Shown: positions 8,302-14,362 of the stretch, piece after piece
Numbering within the stretch: position 1 is the stretch's first letter
Layout: each line of letters begins with the position of its first letter
Source: Phormidium sp. SL48-SHIP
GTDB lineage: Bacteria; Cyanobacteriota; Cyanobacteriia; Cyanobacteriales; Geitlerinemataceae
Assembly: GCA_004299065.1 (NCBI GenBank)
Contig: SIHH01000035.1
Span: 3,077-21,943 of the forward strand
Reading direction: 5' to 3'
Length of the DNA stretch: 18,867 nucleotides
Position numbers and translations under genes: made by a program
Notes under the pieces: model-generated
The model's input: only the letters and a program-made list of their open reading frames with translations
Told to the model about the DNA's origin: nothing
The model's database searches: none

Positions 8302-8844
8302 TTATCCATTAGTCTCAGAGGTTGCGGGAAGGCGTTTTTGTAGGGAGTCACTACGTTTTTGGGCAACGGAGTTGTCGGGTTCCCGTTTTAAGACCTCTTG
8401 ATAGGCTTCTACGGCGGCGGCGTCGAGTCCTTTCTTTTCATAGGAAAACCCGAGATTACTCCAAGCGGTGACATACTCAGGTTCGATTTTTAGGGCTTCT
8501 TTATATTGACGAATCGCTAGGTCATATTGCTCCTGGGCGGCATAGGCAAAACCGAGGGCGTTATACACCAGGGCTTTATTTTCTTCTTCTTTTAGGTCTT
8601 TGGCTTTGAGGGCTTTTTGCAAGTTGAGGACGGCTTGGGAGTAGAGCTTTTTGTCGAGCAGAACGCCGCCGAGTTCATAGAAATCTTTGGCGGTGGCGTC
8701 TTTGCTGCGAACACGGCTTTGCAGGGTGGCGAGGGTTTTCTCGATGCGCCGAGTTCGTAAGGTTTGACGAATGACAAACCAAGCGGCAATGGCTAATAGC
8801 CCGACTAATGTTGCCAGATAAAACAGAGCGAGATTACTATCCAT
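8302..8844 (-). CDS. Membrane-anchored tetratricopeptide repeat protein (Ycf37-like architecture)
   Basis: 180 aa. It has an N-terminal TM helix (LALFYLATLVGLLAIAAWFVI) followed by three TPR-like units (YELGGVLLDKKLYSQAVLNLQKAL; YNALGFAYAAQEQYDLAIRQYKEALKIEP; WSNLGFSYEKKGLDAAAVEAYQEVLKREP). The size and layout match my recollection of cyanobacterial/plastid Ycf37, but I cannot verify orthology. Confidence 0.8.
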   Translation of the reverse strand: MDSNLALFYLATLVGLLAIAAWFVIRQTLRTRRIEKTLATLQSRVRSKDATAKDFYELGGVLLDKKLYSQAVLNLQKALKAKDLKEEENKALVYNALGFAYAAQEQYDLAIRQYKEALKIEPEYVTAWSNLGFSYEKKGLDAAAVEAYQEVLKREPDNSVAQKRSDSLQKRLPATSETNG

Positions 8845-8916
8845 AAAGCAGAAAAAAGGGACTTAAAAACACGTATTCACAAGAGCTTGAAGGGTATTAT
8901 AAAGCGTTATGGGGTC

Positions 8917-9768
8917 TTATAAGCCCCAATCTCTGGCGCGGTCTACTAACCAACCCTCTCGCTGCCAACGGACGATCGCACCATTGACGGCCTGCCGTAA
9001 CGGTTCATACTCTAAGCCCTTGGGCATCATCACCGCTAGAGGAACCGAGGAGAGGCGATCGCCCAGGAGATGATAGTCTCGATCGCGTTGTTGCCAACCG
9101 CTGAGAACCGTTGCGTCGCCGGCAAAGGCGGCCACGGTTCCGGCTTCGAGTTCTTGGTAGGCTTGTTGGTAACTCTCGACGCCGACTAATTCTACGTTGG
9201 GGATTTGATAGCGGACGACGGCGATCGCAGCGGATTGATGCAGCACCGCAACGCGACGCCTCGGTAAGTCCGCTAGACGGCGAATCTCGGGCTGGCGAGT
9301 GATGATAGCCGTTCCGTCGAAGTAATAGGGGGGGCTAAAGTTCACCAGGCGCGATCGCCCAGGGGTATGACTCACTTGGGCAATCACCAGATCCACTTCG
9401 TCGGCCAGAAGCCAGGGGAGGCGATCGCGGTTGGCCACGGGCCGCAGTACAATCGCCTCAGCATCTCCAAGGAGGGTTTCGGCGAGGCGATGGGCGATAT
9501 CGATTTCAAAGCCCTGTAAGCGTCCGGCTTCATCTTGAAACCCCAAGGGGCGCAGATTGTCCTTAACGCCCACAATTAAATAACCCCGCTGCTGAATCTC
9601 AGACAGAGGGGCGGCTTGGGCGACTCCCCCAGATAAGACCCCAGCTAACCGTCCCACAAACGGACGCGCCTCGAAAATGCTGAGTCCCACTAGGAGACTC
9701 AAACTCAGACCGAGACGCGCCAGCCGTCGATAATGTCCGTTGGGGAACGTCGGAGGACGTTGCATCAT
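8917..9768 (-). CDS. ABC transporter substrate-binding protein, family 3 (amino-acid type)
   Basis: 283 aa. It has an N-terminal signal/anchor (RLARLGLSLSLLVGLSIF) followed by GYLIVGVKDNLRPLGFQDEAGRLQGFEIDIAHRLA, the typical opening of the SBP_bac_3 fold. DLVIAQVSHTPGR and YYFDG motifs are also present. Confidence 0.85.
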   Translation of the reverse strand: MMQRPPTFPNGHYRRLARLGLSLSLLVGLSIFEARPFVGRLAGVLSGGVAQAAPLSEIQQRGYLIVGVKDNLRPLGFQDEAGRLQGFEIDIAHRLAETLLGDAEAIVLRPVANRDRLPWLLADEVDLVIAQVSHTPGRSRLVNFSPPYYFDGTAIITRQPEIRRLADLPRRRVAVLHQSAAIAVVRYQIPNVELVGVESYQQAYQELEAGTVAAFAGDATVLSGWQQRDRDYHLLGDRLSSVPLAVMMPKGLEYEPLRQAVNGAIVRWQREGWLVDRARDWGL

Positions 9769-9791
9769 GGAAGAGGTCTCGGAGGAGGTCT

Positions 9792-10142
9792 CTAGGCGCT
9801 TTTGGCAGCAGCCACGACTTTGGCGAAGCCATCGGCATCGAGAACCGCCAATTGAGCCAACATTTTCCGGTTGAGTTGGATGTCGGCTTTTTTCAGGTCT
9901 CCGGTGAGACGAGAGTAGGTGGTCCCGTTGATGCGGGCGGCGGCGTTGATGCGGGTAATCCAGAGGCGACGGAAATCGCGTTTGCGACGGCGGCGATCGC
10001 GATAGGCGTTCCGTAGGGCCTTCATCACCTGCTGGTTCGCCGTGCGGAAGTTGCGGGAGTGAGATCCCCGGAAGCCTTTCGCCAGCTTTAAGATTTTTTT
10101 ACGCCGTTTGCGGGCGACGTTACCCCGTTTAACTCGAGCCAT
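9792..10142 (-). CDS. rplT: 50S ribosomal protein L20
   Basis: [29 protein letters not shown]...[22 protein letters not shown] is the unmistakable L20 sequence. It is 116 aa and lies directly downstream of rpmI. Confidence 0.97.
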   Translation of the reverse strand: MARVKRGNVARKRRKKILKLAKGFRGSHSRNFRTANQQVMKALRNAYRDRRRRKRDFRRLWITRINAAARINGTTYSRLTGDLKKADIQLNRKMLAQLAVLDADGFAKVVAAAKSA

Positions 10143-10175
10143 GGGTTAGATTCTCCGATGGGTGGACCAATGGGT

Positions 10176-10376
10176 TTACAAATAAGGGAGCATTTCGCGG
10201 ACGTTTTCAGCGTCACGCTCGTTTACGACAGCTTTGTTGCTGAGGTTCCGTTTGCGTTTACTGCTTTTGTGTTGCAGCAAGTGATTTTTGAACGCTTTAC
10301 GGCGCATAATTTTCTTACCACTGCCAGAGAGTTTAAAGCGCTTGGCGGCTGCTTTGCGGGTTTTGAGTTTCGGCAT
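10176..10376 (-). CDS. rpmI: 50S ribosomal protein L35
   Basis: [45 protein letters not shown]... is the canonical L35 sequence (66 aa). The ORF track extends to 10409, but the conserved MPKLKT start is at 10376. Confidence 0.95.
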   Translation of the reverse strand: MPKLKTRKAAAKRFKLSGSGKKIMRRKAFKNHLLQHKSSKRKRNLSNKAVVNERDAENVREMLPYL

Positions 10377-10508
10377 AATTGCAGAAATTTTGACACAGCA
10401 TCTCATCATATCGCGATCGCCGCTCTCTAGGCAATAGGCTGGTCATTGGCTAAGGGTGGGGGTAATGGTGAATCATGGGTAATGATGGAAAATTAGGAGG
10501 TTGAGTCG

Positions 10509-11108
10509 ATGATTGATGAGGGTGTCATTAAATATGAGTCGGTCTGGGAACGGGGGGAACCCTTGTCTGAGGCGGTTTTGGGGGAGTTGATGGGGTGGCG
10601 CGATCGCCTCTATGGGTTAGGACTGATTGGGGCCTATGAGAACGGGATTGGCTTCGGGAATGTCAGCCAACGCCTCGGGGATGGGGATGAGTTTGTGATT
10701 TCGGGAACCCAAACGGGCCATCTCCCCCACTTGTCGGCGAACCAGTACACGCGGGTCTGTGAGTTTGACCTGGGGGCGAATCGTCTGCGCTGTTGTGGCC
10801 CCGTGAAAGCTTCGTCGGAGTCTCTGACCCATGGGGCGATTTATCAACGTTGTCCTGAGGTTCGGGCCATTTTCCATGTTCACCATCGGCAATTTTGGCG
10901 GGGGGTTCTGCATCGGGTTCCCACGACGGGGGCTGAGGTTCCCTATGGCACGCCGCAAATGGCGCAGGAGATGTTTCGCTTATTTGAGGAGGAACACTTG
11001 GCACAGGCGCGTATTTTGGCGATGGCGGGTCATGAGGATGGGGTGATGAGTTTTGGGGAGAGTTTGGAGGAGGCGGGAGCGGTGTTGTTGCGGTGGTTTG
11101 AGGGCTAG
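10509..11108 (+). CDS. Class II aldolase/adducin N-terminal domain family protein
   Basis: 199 aa. AGGAGG at 10495-10500 lies 8 nt upstream of the ATG. The motifs GNVSQRL, FVISGTQTG, ASSESLTHGAIY and AIFHVHH match the class II aldolase fold signature (S.E...H..iY ... H.H). Confidence 0.7.
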   Translation: MIDEGVIKYESVWERGEPLSEAVLGELMGWRDRLYGLGLIGAYENGIGFGNVSQRLGDGDEFVISGTQTGHLPHLSANQYTRVCEFDLGANRLRCCGPVKASSESLTHGAIYQRCPEVRAIFHVHHRQFWRGVLHRVPTTGAEVPYGTPQMAQEMFRLFEEEHLAQARILAMAGHEDGVMSFGESLEEAGAVLLRWFEG

Positions 11109-11284
11109 TCTTGGGGTCCCAGGAAAAGCCGCCACCGATTATTTAATGCCATTTTTCAAAAAGTGTGCCATAGATATCTGTAGGGGCGAACCGCAAGTGG
11201 CGCGCCCTCCCTCGGTATTAATATCTGGCAAGCTTGTCAAAAAATAGTATAAAAATAGAATAAGTTTGTTTTTTGGGGTAAAAA

Positions 11285-11340
11285 AACTGGAGGGCGATCG
11301 CGGATGGTTTGAGGAGTTGAGGGGCGATCGCACTCCAGTT
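11285..11340. repeat. Long imperfect hairpin built around two HIP1 copies
   Basis: AACTGGAGgGCGATCGC (11285-11301) pairs with GCGATCGCaCTCCAGTT (11324-11340), 16 of 17 positions complementary, with a loop of ~22 nt. A second small hairpin, GAAGGG-gaattt-CCCTTC, lies at 11344-11361, just 3' of the minus-strand TPR gene. Confidence 0.35.
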
Positions 11341-11371
11341 AAGTGAAGGGGAATTTCCCTTCAGGTTGAAT

Positions 11372-11929
11372 TTATCGAATCTGTTGGAGAGCTTCTTGAA
11401 CCTGGTTATAGGCGGCGGTGTTTCCTCGTTCTTGGAATAAACGTGCGGCTTGTTCTAAGTCGGAGATTGTGCCAGAGCGATCGCCCAACCTAGCCCGCGC
11501 TGAAGCACGACCTGCGTAGGCTATAACATAGTCTGGATCTAGGGAAATTGCCGCATCATAAGATGAAATCGCTTCGGTAAAATATCCTTGCTTTTGGAAT
11601 AAACCTGCGGCTTGTTCTAAGTCCGAGATTGCGCCATAGCGATCGCCCAACCTAGCCCGCGCTGAAGCACGACCTGCGTAAGCTTCAGCATAGTCAGGAT
11701 TAACTAACAGTGATGTATTAAATAACGAAAATGCTAATGAATAATTTTCATTATTTAAGGCTTCCAGGCCCATCCGGGCAGATTCTACATGATTTCGGTC
11801 TAGCTCATCAGCCAGAATGACGGGGAAAGCCTGGACGATTTCGGGAGCCATTCCGCCCAAGGTGATGAAGGTGGCGGTTCCCAAAATGAGACGGGACATC
11901 GAGTTGAAGAGGGTTATGTTTAACGTCAT
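11372..11929 (-). CDS. Secreted/periplasmic TPR repeat protein with internal 54-aa duplication
   Basis: 185 aa. The N-terminus is signal-peptide-like (MSRLILGTATFITLGGMAPEIVQA|FP). TPR-like units are present, and the block YAGRASARARLGDR(Y/S)G(A/T)ISDLEQAA(G/R)LFQ occurs twice. Confidence 0.75.
   Translation of the reverse strand: MTLNITLFNSMSRLILGTATFITLGGMAPEIVQAFPVILADELDRNHVESARMGLEALNNENYSLAFSLFNTSLLVNPDYAEAYAGRASARARLGDRYGAISDLEQAAGLFQKQGYFTEAISSYDAAISLDPDYVIAYAGRASARARLGDRSGTISDLEQAARLFQERGNTAAYNQVQEALQQIR
11432..11700. repeat. Intragenic direct repeat: two ~107-nt copies offset by exactly 162 nt (54 codons)
   Basis: Copy A (11432-11538) and copy B (11594-11700) differ at about 9 positions by eye. 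They share an exact 40-nt core, GATCGCCCAACCTAGCCCGCGCTGAAGCACGACCTGCGTA, which includes a HIP1 site. Confidence 0.85.
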
Positions 11930-12148
11930 GAGGTTGTGTTGGTTTGGTGTGGTGTGAGAACAATTGGAGGGCTGATTTTTATCAATCCAGGCTGACTAAT
12001 ACTAGTCCTTCACTCAGGTATCATAGCCTTAATGACTGCTTCTAGGAATGAGGAACTAGCATAGCAGGTAGATAGATTCCTGTCCGGACTAAATCGTTTT
12101 TGCCCGGACATAGACTCATCATATTATGTAGAGTGATAGAATCTGGTT

Positions 12149-13729
12149 TTAGTTTTCAATAACTGTTCCCCTTTGTTCAGGATTTCGTAGTCTATCTTGC
12201 AGAGTTTGTAGAATTTGTCGGTGTTGATTTTCTTCACTCGAAGTGAGGGTGAGGACATTACTATTGTGACGACAAGTAAAGCCTTCTAAACAAATCACTG
12301 GTGCTGTAAATGGGTTACCTTGGTCATCAAATAACCTCTCCCCCTGCCTATTGATAATAGGGACCTCAACTCGTTGATAAACCAGTCGATCAGGCTCATT
12401 TAGTAATATGGATGCGAGAGAACTGAGATGCCTCGAAACCACACGACAACGAGATTCTAGATCAATCACAAAACCTGGTTCCGGGGTTATTCGTACTTGT
12501 CGTCGGGCTTCATCTCCTTGGTATGAGTAAACATACCTATTATTACCCACCACAGGTCCTGATTCAGGATTAGGAACCCATCGAATCAGATCATAAGACC
12601 CAGTAGGGGTGTTGATCACCGTCACCCACTGACCTTCATTTTGTACACACGAAAACGCTTGTGGATCATCAGGCGGGGCAGTTTGCGCAACCAATCCTAG
12701 CTGATACGTTTCAATTCGTGTAATAATTTCTTCACAGAGAGTCTCGCTACAAAGTTGTCGAGCTTGTTCTAGAGAGTTTCTGGCATAATCAAATTCTTCA
12801 AGACCAATTAAGATTTGTGCCTGACCAATCCAATTATAGGGATTTTCACCTTCTAGCTCAATCGCTTCATTTGCCTTATCCAATGCTGTATTGTCAAAGG
12901 CATGCCCTTTATAGCCAATCCGGGAAAAATAAACATATTGGTCTGCTAAAGCTAGTCTGAGTGAAGAATTGCTTGGAAGTGCGTTGACTATCTGATTCCA
13001 ATACTGGCGTGCAGCAGAACCTTGTCCAAATTGATGAAGAAATCTTCCCAGTTCTAGGTAAGGTAGTAGGTTGTCCTCTCCTGCGCTGTCTTGGGCTGTC
13101 TCCCAAAGTTCTACCGCCCTCTGACGATAGCCTAGGCTATAAAGCTCATTACCTAGCTGCACATAGTTAATCGGAGCTAGCTGACTTTGGTTAATCACGT
13201 CAATAGCTTGTTCCCAATCAGCCTCTTTCTGCTGAGTTTGTCCCAAAACCTGATAGGTCGCTCCCCGCAAAATTAGGTTCTGAGCCATCCGTAAGCTAGA
13301 CTCAGGAGATTGTGAAGCCTCAATTTCCTCTAACCTATTGCTATAGACACTCAAAGCCCGTTCAGCTTCTTCAATACAGGTAGATTGACTAATGCAAGAG
13401 CTATCTCCTGTTAGGTCAAATACACGTAGCAATGCCTGTCTATCTTGTTCCCAATTCGCATCAACTGAGCGCTCAAGGAGTGGATTTTCAACCCACCAAT
13501 TTGTTATCAAGTTCCACCACCATGCCTGGAACCTTTCACCACGATTGATTCGCTCTACACTCTCTGTTATTCGCCTCTGACCTATAGCTGAACCCCCCTC
13601 AAGATTATGATATCGACTATCAAAGTTCGAAGGACTATTAGACTGAGCTAGACCGGTCAAAGGTATCGCAGCGGCTAATCCTAGTCCAGTTAACAAACCG
13701 ACACTCAACTGGTTAAATTTCCTTAGCAT
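12149..13729 (-). CDS. Secreted TPR-like helical-repeat protein with C-terminal COP23-like (circadian oscillating protein) domain
   Basis: 526 aa. It has a signal peptide (MLRKFNQLSVGLLTGLGLAAAIPLTGLAQ|S) and a helical-repeat middle region. The last ~175 aa show the four-Cys COP23 pattern: FSCVQNEGQWVTVINTPTGSYDLIRWVP ... SRCRVVSRHLSS ... PVICLEGFTC ... VLTLTSSEENQHRQILQTLQDRL. The inter-Cys insertions are longer than I recall for canonical COP23. Confidence 0.65.
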   Translation of the reverse strand: MLRKFNQLSVGLLTGLGLAAAIPLTGLAQSNSPSNFDSRYHNLEGGSAIGQRRITESVERINRGERFQAWWWNLITNWWVENPLLERSVDANWEQDRQALLRVFDLTGDSSCISQSTCIEEAERALSVYSNRLEEIEASQSPESSLRMAQNLILRGATYQVLGQTQQKEADWEQAIDVINQSQLAPINYVQLGNELYSLGYRQRAVELWETAQDSAGEDNLLPYLELGRFLHQFGQGSAARQYWNQIVNALPSNSSLRLALADQYVYFSRIGYKGHAFDNTALDKANEAIELEGENPYNWIGQAQILIGLEEFDYARNSLEQARQLCSETLCEEIITRIETYQLGLVAQTAPPDDPQAFSCVQNEGQWVTVINTPTGSYDLIRWVPNPESGPVVGNNRYVYSYQGDEARRQVRITPEPGFVIDLESRCRVVSRHLSSLASILLNEPDRLVYQRVEVPIINRQGERLFDDQGNPFTAPVICLEGFTCRHNSNVLTLTSSEENQHRQILQTLQDRLRNPEQRGTVIEN

Positions 13730-13809
13730 TTGAACCTATAATTTATGCAGTGATTGTGTTTTCTCTTGCACCCTATGACCAGGATAGGCAGCATAAAACC
13801 GAACGTCAA

Positions 13810-13955
13810 TTCATAAAGGTCAGAAAAAACAGCCTGAACTTTCCGCAAATTAGCGCAGGAAAAGTTCATAAAGTTCATAAAGTTCATGAAAATCACAAAA
13901 ATTAAACTTAATTTGTCCGGAAATCTCATGAATTTGGAGTCATAAAGTTCATAAA
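13810..13955. repeat. Cluster of TTCATAAAG-type 9-mers (three exact tandem copies plus dispersed copies) and two TCATGA palindromes in a divergent intergenic region; candidate operator array
   Basis: AAAGTTCAT occurs three times in tandem at 13861-13887. TTCATAAAG occurs at 13810-13818 and TCATAAAGTTCATAAA at 13940-13955. The palindrome TTCATGAA lies at 13883-13890 and TCATGA at 13926-13931, with centres 42 bp apart. Confidence 0.75.
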
Positions 13956-13967
13956 TACCCCGTTATC

Positions 13968-14291
13968 GTGGTATTTGGATCATCTTCCGGCAACCCCCCT
14001 ATGACCCCAGCAGACACCCCCAAATTGCTGAACCTCGCTCAGACTCTGGTGTCTGAGCAAACCTCCAAACCCCTCAATGAACTGGAACTGGCGGTTCTTG
14101 AGGGAATCCTCCTGGGACAGACCTATGAGCAAATTTGTCAAAACCAGAACTTCGCTCAGGGGGTTGACTATATTCAAAAATGTGTGGCTTACCAACTACG
14201 GCGGCGGTTGACCCAGGCCATGAAACGAGGCGGCTACTTGAGCGAGGACGCCAATAACCTAAAAAAAAAGACCTCGCTCGTAAACTCCTAG
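13968..14291 (+). CDS. Small LuxR/sigma-70-region-4-like HTH module of the type normally fused to the N-terminus of cyanobacterial STAND proteins (zero-frame product)
   Basis: The ORF runs from GTG 13968, or more likely ATG 14001 (MTPADTPKLL...). LNELELAVLEGILLGQTYEQICQNQNFAQGVDYIQKCVAYQLRRRLTQAM matches the L-N-(D/E)-x-(Q/E)-x-x-V...G-x-T-Y-x-(E/Q)-I...Y-I motif that I recall at the N-termini of many cyanobacterial NACHT/NB-ARC-WD40/TPR proteins. The ORF ends 19 nt after an A9 run. Confidence 0.6.
   Translation: MVFGSSSGNPPMTPADTPKLLNLAQTLVSEQTSKPLNELELAVLEGILLGQTYEQICQNQNFAQGVDYIQKCVAYQLRRRLTQAMKRGGYLSEDANNLKKKTSLVNS
14261..14270 (+). other. A9G homopolymer; zero-frame A_AAA_AAG heptamer (candidate -1 frameshift / transcriptional slippage / phase-variation site)
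   Basis: The zero-frame codons are CTA AAA AAA AAG (14259-14270). The heptamer A AAA AAG (14264-14270) is in the X_XXY_YYZ register and is identical to the E. coli dnaX shift site. The -1 frame is open from 14258 into the downstream STAND ORF. Confidence 0.5.
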
Positions 14292-14362
14292 ACCTTCACA
14301 AACAACTCCAGACCCCGGCGACTCCCTCCTCTCCAACGCCAACGCCATCTCCCAATCCCACG

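Noticed and set aside
10158-10430. 90-aa plus-strand ORF
   Set aside because: It is antisense to the unmistakable rpmI (L35) gene, so it is a shadow ORF.
10377-10508. Possible L20-type autoregulatory leader or riboswitch upstream of rpmI
   Set aside because: I could not identify a convincing conserved structure by eye. I saw only a short direct repeat, GGTAATG(G/A)TG, and the aldolase RBS. I am not aware of the Firmicute L20 leader occurring in cyanobacteria.
10617-11046. 113-aa minus-strand ORFs and a 71-aa plus-strand ORF inside the aldolase gene
   Set aside because: They overlap the class II aldolase-like CDS, which has a strong AGGAGG RBS. The peptides are Pro/Arg-rich and low-complexity.
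11053-11333. 64-aa ORFs on both strands in the 11109-11371 intergenic region
   Set aside because: They have no RBS and no recognisable motif, and they run through HIP1/hairpin repeat sequence. They are probably non-coding.
12081-12110. Hairpin TGTCCGG-n16-CCGGACA as a terminator of the TPR-COP23 gene
   Set aside because: The stem is only 7 bp, the loop is large and no U-tract follows on the minus strand. This is too weak to call as a terminator.
13861-13887. Tandem repeats considered as a possible CRISPR or minisatellite array
   Set aside because: The units are only 9 bp, have no spacers and number three copies. This is not CRISPR architecture. I report it as a short tandem repeat and candidate operator instead.
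13723-13929. 68-aa minus-strand ORF containing MNFMNFMNF
   Set aside because: The MNF triplet is simply the translation of the 9-bp tandem repeat. The ORF overlaps the start of the TPR-COP23 gene and has no RBS. I treat it as an artefact of the repeat array, although a repeat-encoded micropeptide cannot be strictly excluded.
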